Positions 10,445 through 19,404 of a stretch of 64,000 bases of DNA are shown in pieces. Where the stretch lies: IMG/VR virus record IMGVR_UViG_3300021319_000137, positions 1-64,000 of that record, one strand, 5' to 3'. Made by a program: the position numbers and the translations under genes. Under the pieces are notes generated by a model, which saw nothing but the letters and a program-made list of their open reading frames with translations, had not been told where the DNA came from and searched no databases. Origin of the DNA: a virus (lineage: Duplodnaviria; Caudoviricetes). How positions within the stretch are numbered: the first letter of the stretch is position 1; each line of letters starts with the position of its first letter.

Positions 10445-10549
10445 AAAACGAAGCGGGTTTTTATGATGGAGGTTGTTTGAGGGTTGATTGGTTTGTTTTT
10501 CAGAGAGTTAGAGGTCGTTGGATGAAAGGCCCATGAAAAACGAAATGGT
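10445..10549 (+). repeat. Left-end transposase-binding sites (AAAACGAA core)
   Basis: AAAACGAAGCG at 10445 and AAAAACGAAATGGT at 10536-10549, the latter the exact reverse complement of 49271-49284. Confidence 0.75.
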
Positions 10550-10609
10550 TTACGTTGCTTTACGTTTGGTTTACGTTTGGGGCTGATCTGGATGATGGAT
10601 GTTTACGTT
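10549..10609 (+). repeat. Four TTTACGTT repeats
   Basis: Copies at 10549, 10559, 10570 and 10602. Confidence 0.8.
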
Positions 10610-10764
10610 TGGCTTACGACTCACGCGCCGGATCTTTACGAGTGCATGGCGTTCATCAGCGGCGATGTGCCGTTATTTTTTTGCCTTGAATGAAGAATTG
10701 ATATTGCCGAAATGTTCCATATAACAATTATTTAGTATATTTGCGGGAAAATATTGGCAAGACT

Positions 10765-10989
10765 ATGGCAAAGGTTATCCATGTGCATTTGACCGGCAAG
10801 CGCCGGGACTATTATTTCACCAGCATCACGGCGGTTTATACGAAGTTGACCGCTGAGGAGGTTGGTGCTACCAAAAACTACCTCCTGCACGCCGGTTTGA
10901 GCGGAAACGGCACTGTGATCACGCGGAAAGCGATTATCAAGCAGTCCACGCTCATCTCAAGTCCCAGGCGTGGAAGAGGTTTAGAATGA
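10765..10989 (+). CDS. small conserved phage hypothetical protein
   Basis: ATG at 10765 after TATATTTG (10736-10743), followed by a terminator-like hairpin. Confidence 0.7.
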   Translation: MAKVIHVHLTGKRRDYYFTSITAVYTKLTAEEVGATKNYLLHAGLSGNGTVITRKAIIKQSTLISSPRRGRGLE

Positions 10990-11042
10990 GGGTTTAACGC
11001 CGTTAGAAGGCGATTCTGGCGGTGTTGTTTTGAATGTCGTTA

Positions 11043-11069
11043 GGGGGAGTCGTGAGGCTTCCCCATTTT
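11043..11069 (+). terminator. intrinsic terminator
   Basis: GGGGAGTC-GTGA-GGCTTCCCC hairpin followed by a T run. Confidence 0.55.
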
Positions 11070-11091
11070 TGTCACCCCAAACGCCGTTTTT

Positions 11092-11166
11092 GAGAGAGGG
11101 GTTACACTTGGGGTTACAGAGAGGGGTTACATTTTTAGCGAGAGAGGGGTTACACTTGGGGTTACA
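11092..11166 (+). repeat. Five GGGGTTACA repeats forming a 27-nt direct repeat
   Basis: GAGAGAGGGGTTACACTTGGGGTTACA at 11092 and 11140, with one more 9-mer between them. Confidence 0.9.
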
Positions 11167-11416
11167 TTTTCGAGATTTTAAGACCGCTTAAAAGTGAAGA
11201 AACGGGACCTTTACCCCCCTATTTTGGCGATTTTGGCAATATTCGGGCAGGAAAATGCCACATAAAAACCGCCTTTCACATTATATATAATACGCGTGAA
11301 TTGCCCTATTTACAGGGGTTTTCGCCGGTTCTGCCCTATTAAAACCGCCTCAAAAAGTGTGTGTGCGGCTGTGGTGGGTGTCCGTGTGGGTCACATGCGG
11401 ATCCGCGTGATCGGCG

Positions 11417-11896
11417 TCACCCTGCATGGGCAGATGGTGTGGAGTCCACATCTTGCGCACTTGAAGACATCGCAGCGTTTTCCCTTTCAAGTTGCGCAAT
11501 TCGTTCTTTAAGCCGTCCGATCTCTTCAGCTTGTTCGCTATATCGCAAATCTCTATCTCTCAATATTTCTATAAACATTTGACAAACCCCATCGGCTGTT
11601 AGAGGGAAATCAGGTAATGGTGCAACAGCAATCGCTGGTTTTGAACGTCCTTTTAACACTCCTGGTTCGAGCATAGGTCCAATCCCATTAAGAATCCATG
11701 AAGCAGAAAAACTATATTGATAACATAATTCTGCAATTAGCTCAACACCTGCGTTCATTCTATAATTCAGAATTTCTGAAAATTTCGCAGGTTTAATGCC
11801 GAGAGTTTCTGCTATCTTGGATTTTGTGAGTCCTTTGTCCTTTAATAGGCTATTAATAGCCATTATAAAGCGTTGATTTATTACTGTCTTATCCAT
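11417..11896 (-). CDS. phage repressor (XRE HTH)
   Basis: LTKSKIAETLGIKPAKFSEILN HTH; divergent from the early operon. Confidence 0.85.
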   Translation of the reverse strand: MDKTVINQRFIMAINSLLKDKGLTKSKIAETLGIKPAKFSEILNYRMNAGVELIAELCYQYSFSASWILNGIGPMLEPGVLKGRSKPAIAVAPLPDFPLTADGVCQMFIEILRDRDLRYSEQAEEIGRLKERIAQLERENAAMSSSAQDVDSTPSAHAG

Positions 11897-11912
11897 TTTA
11901 TAGATTAAAAAA

Positions 11913-11975
11913 TTCAGAAATTCTGAAAAAAATTATTCAGAAATTTTGTAGTATTACAGAAATACTGTATCTTTG
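11913..11975. promoter_or_regulatory. Repressor operators and early promoter
   Basis: Palindromes TTCAGAAATTCTGAA (11913), TTCAGAAATTTTGTA (11936), TACAGAAATACTGTA (11955); the last overlaps TATCTTTG (11968-11975). Confidence 0.75.
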
Positions 11976-12052
11976 CGACGTTGTTAACCGAGTTAACGGC
12001 GGCCAAAGGTACGAAAATTTGCATTAACCGACAATAAAACAGAAGAATTATT

Positions 12053-12397
12053 ATGGCAAAGCACAAGGAGATCGACTTCCAGAAGTGGGAGCAGTTAGAG
12101 AATTACGGAGAGAAGATGAAGGCGGCTGTATGGGCCGCCAGCCAAGCGGTGAAGCGTTGGCTGGATCTTGCCGACGAGTTGATGGATGACGCCGCTGCAG
12201 ACGGTTCTGACATGTACTGTGCAGCGAGCGTGTTGAATGAGACGTTGCAGCGAATGTCGGCCAAGTTGGGTATTAACGGCGGCGAAGCCACCGCCCACAA
12301 GACAGAGCACCACCACCGTCCTGGTGGCCTGGACGTGCTTGACGGCCTGGACGGTCTTAAGCAAGTTGATGTTAAACATTTTCAAAAAGCAGAATAA
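12053..12397 (+). CDS. phage early hypothetical protein
   Basis: First ORF after the early promoter. Confidence 0.6.
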   Translation: MAKHKEIDFQKWEQLENYGEKMKAAVWAASQAVKRWLDLADELMDDAAADGSDMYCAASVLNETLQRMSAKLGINGGEATAHKTEHHHRPGGLDVLDGLDGLKQVDVKHFQKAE

Positions 12398-12398
12398 G

Positions 12399-12770
12399 AT
12401 GTCGAAGAAGATTTATGTTACCGATGAGGCCAAGAATAAGTTGGCCGATGTGTTCCATGTGTCGCGTGTGATGGTGTGGAAGGCTCTGGCCTTTGAGAGC
12501 CACAGTTTGCTGGCCCGCAAGATCCGTCACGTGGCATTGTCACAGTACCACGGTGTCCCGAATTGGAAACCAGCTGATATGGAGACGATCCACGACTCGA
12601 AGACGATGACGCAGACCTTTGGTGATCGTGTAAAGCTGGTTCTTGACAAGGGTACCGGCCTTATCACCGTCCTTGTTGACGATGAGGTGGAGCGTGAGCG
12701 CCAGGTGGAGAGCATTCCCGAGTTCATGGAGCTGCAGAGTGAGGTAAGCCGTATGGCATTAAGTCTGTGA
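12399..12770 (+). CDS. Ner/Cro-like DNA-binding protein
   Basis: KLADVFHVSRVMVWKAL HTH; located just before the transposase. Confidence 0.6.
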   Translation: MSKKIYVTDEAKNKLADVFHVSRVMVWKALAFESHSLLARKIRHVALSQYHGVPNWKPADMETIHDSKTMTQTFGDRVKLVLDKGTGLITVLVDDEVERERQVESIPEFMELQSEVSRMALSL

Positions 12771-12771
12771 T

Positions 12772-14886
12772 ATGGAGTATTTCGGCAAAATACTGTGTAT
12801 ATCGGTGTGTGACCTCACCCATGACGACCGCCCGGTTGTCGTGGATGGTGTCGCTGACTGGAGCCATAGCCGTGTGCTTGCTGGCCGCCGTCCGCAGGAC
12901 TTGCCGCTTGACATCCTTGCCCCCATCATGAGTGTTCCCAACTACAAGCAGCTGTGCGCCCGCAAGAAGATCAATGTGGTGCGTCGTGGAGGCGGTATGG
13001 GTGAATATGCCCTTGTTGAGGTTGCCACGTTGCCTCACCGCTTCCGTGACCGTGTCGTTGCCAAGTATGGCGAGCTGGAGCAGAACGTGCTGCGCGACTG
13101 GTTTGAGAGCCACTACCGTGTAGATGCCGAGGCCCGCAGCTGGTACACGCGTTTCCGCTTTGCTGACGGCAGCCCCTTGCCCCCTGACAAGATCAACGAG
13201 TACACCGTCAACGCCAGCGTGCTGCAGGCTGTTGTCGCCGTGATGGCCGACACCAATATCATGCGCAAGGCCATGCAGGGTGACAGCATCAACTGGGGCG
13301 AGATGGCCGGTGTCATCAGCTATTACCAGGCCGAGTTTGAACACACCCTGCCGCTGAGTCCTCACCGGTTCCGTGAGCGTGTGACGGCCTTCAAGAAACA
13401 GGGCTATGAGTCCCTGATCTCGAAGAAGTTCAGGAACCAGAGCGCCAGGAAGGTCAACTACAGTATCGAGCGGTTGATCTTGAGTCTTGACAGCTTGCCT
13501 GAGCGTCCCTACAACACCACCGTCGCCGAGATGTACAACATGTTCGTGCGTGGTGAGCTCACTGTTGCCGATCCCGAGACCGGAGAGTGGTATGATCCTC
13601 AGAACTACACCGACAAAAACGGCGACCCGCTGGTGCTGAGTGAGGCCACCATAGCCAACTACCTCAACACCCCCAAGAACCGGTCGTTGCGCAGTAAGCT
13701 TCACGACACCCAGTGGGACTTCAACAACCGTTACCGTCCTTATCACCTGCGCCACAATGGCGTGTATGCGTTGAGCAAGATATCGCTTGATGACCGTGAT
13801 CTGCCGCGCCCCATGAGCAACGGCCAACGCGTAAAGGCTTACTATGCCTATGATGTGGTGAGCGGTTGTGTGGTTGGCCGCGCTTATAGCCGGTTGAAGA
13901 CCGCCGACCTGTTCCTGGCGTGCATGCGTGACATGTTCCAGACGCTGGACCGCAACGGCTGGTATATGCCCGCCGAGCTTGAGGTTGAGCACCACCTGGT
14001 GAGTGGTTTTGCCGATGGCTTGATGAAAGCCGGTGTCGTATTCCCGCTGATCCGCTGGTGTAATCCCGGCAACTCACGCGAGAAACGCGCCGAGCATCTG
14101 AACCGCGCCAAGAAATACGGCGTCGAGAAGAGGTTGCAGGTGGGCATCGGCAGGTGGTACGCCTCGTTGGAGGCCAACCGCCCCAAGGTCGAGAAGGTCT
14201 ATGACGAGACCAACAACACCTACAAGGAGGCCAGCTTCACCTTTGAGCAGCTTGTGGCCGATGATCTTGCCGCGATCGAACTGTTCAACCACCAGCTGCA
14301 CCCCAACCAGAAGATGTATCCAGGCATGACCCGCTGGGATGTCCTGGCCAGCCGGCAGAACCCCAGCCTGCGTCCCTGGGACAAATCCTACCTGTACCGC
14401 TACATCGGCAACAAGACCGAGACCACCATCAAGCAGAACATGTTCTGCACCGTGCAATACCAACAGTACCGCCTGCCCAGCCCCCACGACATCGAGAAGC
14501 TGGCGCCGCGCAACAACAAGGTCGAGGCCTATTGGCTGCCTGATGCCGATGGCCAGGTGGGCGAGGTTTATCTGTGGCAGGGCGACAAGTACATCGCCAC
14601 CTGCAAGCTGCTGGATCGCTACAATGAGGCCACTGCCGAGCAGACCGCCGCTGACGTTGCGGCCTATACGGAGCAGGCCAAATATGTGAGCCAGTTTGAC
14701 AAGATGATGAAGGACGAGAAGATCACCAAGGTCGCAGTCCTTCCCAACGAGGAGCGCCAAGCCGTCGCGGCTGCCATCAACACTGCTGAGCCAGTACCCG
14801 CTGCTGTCGTGCCTGATGAAGACGAAGACTACAGTGACTATATGGACGTGAGCCAGGTTGCCCGCGCTGCTGTCGCTAGCATATAA
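12772..14886 (+). CDS. Mu-like transposase A (DDE integrase core)
   Basis: 704 aa; ISLDD, YYAYDVVSG, ELEVEH, NSREKRAEH; upstream of a AAA ATPase. Confidence 0.88.
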   Translation: MEYFGKILCISVCDLTHDDRPVVVDGVADWSHSRVLAGRRPQDLPLDILAPIMSVPNYKQLCARKKINVVRRGGGMGEYALVEVATLPHRFRDRVVAKYGELEQNVLRDWFESHYRVDAEARSWYTRFRFADGSPLPPDKINEYTVNASVLQAVVAVMADTNIMRKAMQGDSINWGEMAGVISYYQAEFEHTLPLSPHRFRERVTAFKKQGYESLISKKFRNQSARKVNYSIERLILSLDSLPERPYNTTVAEMYNMFVRGELTVADPETGEWYDPQNYTDKNGDPLVLSEATIANYLNTPKNRSLRSKLHDTQWDFNNRYRPYHLRHNGVYALSKISLDDRDLPRPMSNGQRVKAYYAYDVVSGCVVGRAYSRLKTADLFLACMRDMFQTLDRNGWYMPAELEVEHHLVSGFADGLMKAGVVFPLIRWCNPGNSREKRAEHLNRAKKYGVEKRLQVGIGRWYASLEANRPKVEKVYDETNNTYKEASFTFEQLVADDLAAIELFNHQLHPNQKMYPGMTRWDVLASRQNPSLRPWDKSYLYRYIGNKTETTIKQNMFCTVQYQQYRLPSPHDIEKLAPRNNKVEAYWLPDADGQVGEVYLWQGDKYIATCKLLDRYNEATAEQTAADVAAYTEQAKYVSQFDKMMKDEKITKVAVLPNEERQAVAAAINTAEPVPAAVVPDEDEDYSDYMDVSQVARAAVASI

Positions 14887-14922
14887 ACGACATTTTAACG
14901 ACATTCAAAAACAGATAGAACA

Positions 14923-15813
14923 ATGGAGATCACCAACGAAATCAAAACGAGAATCGCGACCGCTATAGCCAGTGACCGCGAGAACTATCCCAGCGACGCC
15001 AAGCACGCCGTCGCCCTAGGCATTGCCCCCAGCGTGTACAACGCCATCAAGAAGGGCAACTTTGAGAAACAGGTCAGCGATGCCAACTGGGTGGGCATAG
15101 CCCGCCGTCTGGGCGTCGTATTGCGCCAGGAAATGGCCTGGACGGCCGCGAAGACCCAGACGTGGGTGTTTATCACCACCCAGCTTGAAACGTGCCAGGA
15201 GGGCAGCCTGAGCGCCATCATGTGCGATATTCCCAATATCGGCAAGACCTTCACCGCCCGTGCCTATGTCAAGACCCACAAGCATGCCGTGTATATCGAC
15301 TGCAGCCAGGTCAAGACCAAGCTCAAGCTCGTGCGCAAGATCGCCAAGGAGTTCGGTGTGAACGCCAACGGTCGTTACAGTGACGTGTATGAGGATCTTG
15401 TCGCCTACCTGCGCACCATCGACACCCCTCTTGTCATCCTTGACGAAGCCGGTGACCTGCAGTATGAAGCCTTCCTTGAGCTTAAGGCCTTGTGGAACGC
15501 CACCGAGCATGCCTGTGGCTGGTACATGATGGGTGCCGATGGTCTGCAGGAGAAGATTGTGCGCGCCATCGAGGGCAAGAAGGTGGGCTACACTGAGATG
15601 CTGAGCCGCTTTGGTGATACCTTCAGCAAAGTCACCCCCGACGATGCCAAGGAGCGCCAGAAGTTCCTCAAGGCCCAGGCTGCTATCGTCGCCCAGGTCA
15701 ACGCCCCTGAGGGCGTGAATATCGCCCAGCTCGTCACCCTGAGCGGTGGCGGTCTGAGGAGGATCTATACCGAGATCGAGAAAATCAAGAAAGGAGGCAA
15801 AAATGAAAATTAG
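14923..15813 (+). CDS. MuB-like transposition AAA ATPase
   Basis: PNIGKT Walker A, ILDEA Walker B; adjacent to the transposase. Confidence 0.88.
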   Translation: MEITNEIKTRIATAIASDRENYPSDAKHAVALGIAPSVYNAIKKGNFEKQVSDANWVGIARRLGVVLRQEMAWTAAKTQTWVFITTQLETCQEGSLSAIMCDIPNIGKTFTARAYVKTHKHAVYIDCSQVKTKLKLVRKIAKEFGVNANGRYSDVYEDLVAYLRTIDTPLVILDEAGDLQYEAFLELKALWNATEHACGWYMMGADGLQEKIVRAIEGKKVGYTEMLSRFGDTFSKVTPDDAKERQKFLKAQAAIVAQVNAPEGVNIAQLVTLSGGGLRRIYTEIEKIKKGGKNEN

Positions 15814-15976
15814 ATGTTTGAACTGTGAACATGGCTACACTCCACTCTATGGTCGTGGGTGTGGAGAAGAAGTCCAGAGCTGCGACTATGGGCTACGTGA
15901 TGGCGCCGCTCCTGTTGGGGAGTACTGCCGAATGGACGGGAAAAAACTTCGTGAAGTGAAAGGAGGCAAGCAATGA
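15803..15976 (+). CDS. small Cys-rich phage protein
   Basis: 57-aa ORF (MKIRCLNCEHG...), coupled to its neighbours. Confidence 0.5.
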   Translation: MKIRCLNCEHGYTPLYGRGCGEEVQSCDYGLRDGAAPVGEYCRMDGKKLREVKGGKQ

Positions 15977-16131
15977 TCGAAGAAAGAATATACCGCCTTG
16001 AAGATTTACATCATGGTATTTGTATTCACTGTGAAGAAGAATCCGATGAGATAACGGCTGATGGCCGATGTGTTGATTGTGTCGAAGAAGAGCTTTTCAT
16101 CGAACAATGCATGAAAGGAGGTGAGAAATGA
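15973..16131 (+). CDS. small Cys-rich phage protein
   Basis: 52-aa ORF with CIHC...CVDC; ATGA overlaps on both sides. Confidence 0.55.
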   Translation: MIEERIYRLEDLHHGICIHCEEESDEITADGRCVDCVEEELFIEQCMKGGEK

Positions 16132-16367
16132 TTACGCAATTAGAACAAAGGTACATGGAGGCTGTGATCTACTTGGCCAACAAGGGCATCGACTGGGAGC
16201 AACGGCGCTATGAGATTGCCAAGGACATCATGGCGAACAAGTGCCTTGAAGAGGTTGCCGAAGCGGCAGGTATGTCCTTTGACGTGAATGGTAAGGAACG
16301 AGGCTACGCGGCGCTTGCCGTGAAGTGGGCCGACGCCCTTGTTGATGAACTTAAAAAGCGAGTGTGA
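16128..16367 (+). CDS. phage hypothetical protein (IDWEQRRYEIAK family)
   Basis: ATGA-coupled ORF. Confidence 0.7.
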   Translation: MITQLEQRYMEAVIYLANKGIDWEQRRYEIAKDIMANKCLEEVAEAAGMSFDVNGKERGYAALAVKWADALVDELKKRV

Positions 16368-16368
16368 T

Positions 16369-16554
16369 ATGTTGAACATTGACTGGGAACAGCGTCGGTA
16401 TGAAATCGCCAAGGAAGTACTGTGGCCGATGTATGAGCAGATGAGAAGCGAGACCTTAGTTACCGACAATAAGCGTAGGCAGCTGGCAAGTGAGGCCGCC
16501 GTCGAGATTGCCGACTACCTGGTTGCCGAGTTGAGGAAGGAGGCGAAGCGATGA
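16369..16554 (+). CDS. phage hypothetical protein (IDWEQRRYEIAK family, tandem paralogue)
   Basis: Shares the 12-aa motif with the preceding ORF. Confidence 0.7.
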   Translation: MLNIDWEQRRYEIAKEVLWPMYEQMRSETLVTDNKRRQLASEAAVEIADYLVAELRKEAKR

Positions 16555-17240
16555 AACGTAAACGCGCCTACAGCCCTGCCGAGATCCTGCGGATGAACAT
16601 CCCCAAGCTGGAGTTTGAGGGTGCATGGGCCGCCAGCATGGGCAAGCCCGCCAAGAGTGGTGTGTGGCTGATCTGGGGCAATCCAGGCAACGGCAAGACG
16701 AGCTTTGTCATGCAGCTGGCCAAGTATCTGTGCCAGTTTGACAAGGTGGTCTATGACAGCCTGGAGGAGAGCACCAGCCTCAGCGTGCAGATGTCGATGC
16801 GCCGCCACAAGATGGAAGAGGTCAACCGCCGCTTCCAGATCCTGGACCGCGAGGGCATGGATCAGTTGGTCGCCCGGCTGCAGCGTCGCAAGAGTGCCGG
16901 CATTGCCATCATCGACAGTTTCCAGTACTCGGGTTTGACTTACAAGGGCTATCAGGCCATGAAAGAGGCCTTGCCCGGCAAGCTGCTCATTTTCATCAGC
17001 CATGCCGAAGGGATGCGTCCCGCCGGTCGAGCCGCCAAGAAGGTCGAGTATGATGCCGACATCAAGATCCTGGTCGATGGGTTCCGCGCCTCATGCAAGA
17101 GCCGCTACATGGATACTCCAGGCGTGCCCTTCACCGTATGGGCAGAAGGAGCCGCCAAGTATTGGCTTGGCAGAGAGCCGGAACAAAGCAATATTAACGA
17201 ACAAACAACGAACGAAGATGGAACCCAATCAGATCATTAA
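16551..17240 (+). CDS. RecA-like P-loop ATPase
   Basis: WGNPGNGKTS, AIIDSFQ. Confidence 0.75.
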   Translation: MKRKRAYSPAEILRMNIPKLEFEGAWAASMGKPAKSGVWLIWGNPGNGKTSFVMQLAKYLCQFDKVVYDSLEESTSLSVQMSMRRHKMEEVNRRFQILDREGMDQLVARLQRRKSAGIAIIDSFQYSGLTYKGYQAMKEALPGKLLIFISHAEGMRPAGRAAKKVEYDADIKILVDGFRASCKSRYMDTPGVPFTVWAEGAAKYWLGREPEQSNINEQTTNEDGTQSDH

Positions 17241-17412
17241 ATTATGCTGCATCTGTGGCAGGACGATGGCGGACACTGATCCTGGGAACAGTCCATGGCC
17301 TGTGGTCGATATGGGCCGTTGCTGTGACGTGTGCAATCACATGTACGTCATTCCTGCGCGCATAAGACAGGTATTAAACAGAGAACCAATCAACCAAACT
17401 AAGTGCTTATAA
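17218..17412 (+). CDS. small zinc-finger-like protein
   Basis: CCICG...CCDVCN. Confidence 0.55.
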   Translation: MEPNQIIKLCCICGRTMADTDPGNSPWPVVDMGRCCDVCNHMYVIPARIRQVLNREPINQTKCL

Positions 17413-17757
17413 TATTTTCATTACTAAAAATTTTTGGCAGACCGGCGCCATCTGCGACAGACCACGCCGGACACATCACCCGGGACCTGCCCCGGGAGGT
17501 ATTTGCAGGAAACCATCTTGTGGATGGCCAGAGCGGTAACGCCTGGCATTGGATATAAAGAAGCCTCGGCATCCACAAGATCCATCACACCGAGCTGCAG
17601 GTGTCAAATGTAGCGCAGATTGAGGCCAGGGAGCAGCGGCGAGCTGCGGAAGAACCCGTCAGGACGTGTCCTGGTATTTACATGTGGAGGGGGCGGCGAA
17701 AGCAGCCAAAACAAGTGGCGTCGCCCCCTATTTGTTTAACGAAAGAACAGTCAGAAA

Positions 17758-18165
17758 ATGGGAGAGGTGACTAACTACAGACGGTTTTATGCCGTGTTTA
17801 ACAAGATGCATCATGGAGGTGATGCAGACAGCCACAAGCGCCAACTGGTGAGCCAGTGGACGTGGAGCCGTACCGAGCATCTGCATGAGATGACCGAGCG
17901 CGAATATGTGGAGATGTGCGAGGCCCTGGAGCGTATCGTTGACCCGCGAGGCAAAGAGCGCTGGCTTGCGGAGCAGAAGCGCCTGCGGTCGAGTGCTCTG
18001 CACCAGTTGCAGAAGTATGGTGTTGACACCACCGACTGGGACCGGGTCAATGCCTTCTGCCAGGATCCGAGGATAGCCGGCAAGGCATTCCGCGACCTGG
18101 ACTTTGAAGAGTTGGCTGCCTTGACGCGCAAGATGCGTGCCATCAACCACAAGAACGAGAACTAA
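17758..18165 (+). CDS. Mu gp16/GemA-like (DUF1018-like) protein
   Basis: Position and helical pattern typical of the Mu semi-essential early region. Confidence 0.5.
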   Translation: MGEVTNYRRFYAVFNKMHHGGDADSHKRQLVSQWTWSRTEHLHEMTEREYVEMCEALERIVDPRGKERWLAEQKRLRSSALHQLQKYGVDTTDWDRVNAFCQDPRIAGKAFRDLDFEELAALTRKMRAINHKNEN

Positions 18166-18205
18166 CAGATTTATTCGCTTTAATAACAATTCAAAAACGA
18201 ACAAA

Positions 18206-18364
18206 ATGAAACCAAGTGAAGAAGAAATCAATGACGTGCTGAACAAGTGCACAGAGAGTGAAGAAGAGGGAGCGAGCCGATGGCCCGGCATGACCTATGA
18301 GCAAGGCGTAAAAGCCGCTACTGAGTGGATGCAAGGCCATGGCGAAAACCCGATGCAAGATTAA
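18206..18364 (+). CDS. small phage hypothetical protein
   Basis: 52-aa ORF from the ATG at 18206. Confidence 0.55.
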   Translation: MKPSEEEINDVLNKCTESEEEGASRWPGMTYEQGVKAATEWMQGHGENPMQD

Positions 18365-18385
18365 CTATTAAACACAGTAAGAACA

Positions 18386-18904
18386 ATGGCAACAAGAAAG
18401 AAGAAAACCATTATTACCGGCGTGACCCGTGAGGCTGCCGATGAAGCGTTTGCCACCTATGCCAAGGCAGATGCCAATATCAACAAGATCAACGCAGAGA
18501 TTGAACTGGCTTGTGCCAAGATCCGCGAGAAGTATGCTGAGAAGCTCGCCACCCTCACTGATGAGCGAGAGCAGGCGTTTGACACCCTGCAGAGCTTCGC
18601 CACCGAGAACCAGGCAGAGTTGTTCACCAAGAAGAAGAGTCTCGAGATGGCTCATGGTACCATCGGCTTCCGCACGGGTACCCCGAAGTTGAAGACGTTG
18701 AAGGGTTTTACCTGGGAAGCAGCGAAGAACCTTGTCAAGGAGTTCTTGCCCGATTTCATCCGCACGAGTGAGGAAGTTGCGAAAGACAAGCTGCTTGCGG
18801 ACCGCGAAGCAGAGGGAATGGCTGAGAACATGGCTAAGTGCGGCATCCAGGTCGTTCAGGACGAGACCTTCTATGTCGAGCCGAAGAAGGAGGACGTGTC
18901 ATGA
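18386..18904 (+). CDS. gam: Mu Gam-like host-nuclease inhibitor (DUF3164)
   Basis: Coiled coil followed by KKSLEMAHGTIGFRTGTPKL ... ETFYVEPK. Confidence 0.8.
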   Translation: MATRKKKTIITGVTREAADEAFATYAKADANINKINAEIELACAKIREKYAEKLATLTDEREQAFDTLQSFATENQAELFTKKKSLEMAHGTIGFRTGTPKLKTLKGFTWEAAKNLVKEFLPDFIRTSEEVAKDKLLADREAEGMAENMAKCGIQVVQDETFYVEPKKEDVS

Positions 18905-19092
18905 CCAAGCAGGTTACCAAACCGCCCCATGTGTCGATATGCCGCACATGCAGCGGGACGGGCATGATTGAGAGCTTCAATCATCCCGATGGCCGGATGA
19001 CTTGCCCCCAGTGTGAGGGAAGCGGACGGTTGGTTGTGTCATGCCAAATGACGGTTGACATCAGACCCTATAAAGAAGGCGAAACATTGTGA
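18901..19092 (+). CDS. DnaJ-type zinc-finger small protein
   Basis: CRTCSGTG ... CPQCEGSG. Confidence 0.7.
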   Translation: MTKQVTKPPHVSICRTCSGTGMIESFNHPDGRMTCPQCEGSGRLVVSCQMTVDIRPYKEGETL

Positions 19093-19111
19093 TGTTTACC
19101 GTGTAAACTGA

Positions 19112-19167
19112 AAATTGCGTCAGGCTCTGCTTGGCGCAATTTTTTATTGTTGAAAGTGTTATCTTTG
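19112..19167 (+). promoter_or_regulatory. terminator-like hairpin followed by a -7 promoter
   Basis: AATTGCGTCAG/TTGGCGCAATT hairpin; TATCTTTG at 19160-19167. Confidence 0.55.
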
Positions 19168-19176
19168 CAGGTAGAA

Positions 19177-19404
19177 ATGAAGCGCAGGGGAGTGAGTTAT
19201 CAGAAGCGAGTGGCAGACGTGAACAGAATCTATGACACGCATGTCAAGGAAGGTCTATCGAACAGGGAGATCTGGCGGCGTTATGTGTACCCGATATGGG
19301 GCATCAGCGAGCGAACATTCTATAACCTGCTAAAGGCGGTGAGCGATCCTAAGAACGAACTGCCGGAGCCTGTCCAATTACAGATTCAATGGGAATGGCC
19401 ATGA
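19177..19404 (+). CDS. HTH protein (possible middle/late regulator)
   Basis: LSNREIWRRYVYPIWGISERTFYNLL. Confidence 0.6.
   Translation: MKRRGVSYQKRVADVNRIYDTHVKEGLSNREIWRRYVYPIWGISERTFYNLLKAVSDPKNELPEPVQLQIQWEWP

Noticed and set aside
11092-11166. GGGGTTACA array as a CRISPR array
   Set aside because: Repeats are 9 nt with 3-14-nt gaps, no unique spacers and no cas genes
12724-14904. Long antisense ORFs (423 aa, 276 aa) over the transposase, and similar ones across 27-49 kb
   Set aside because: Shadow frames produced by GC-rich codon bias of the real genes; no recognisable motifs
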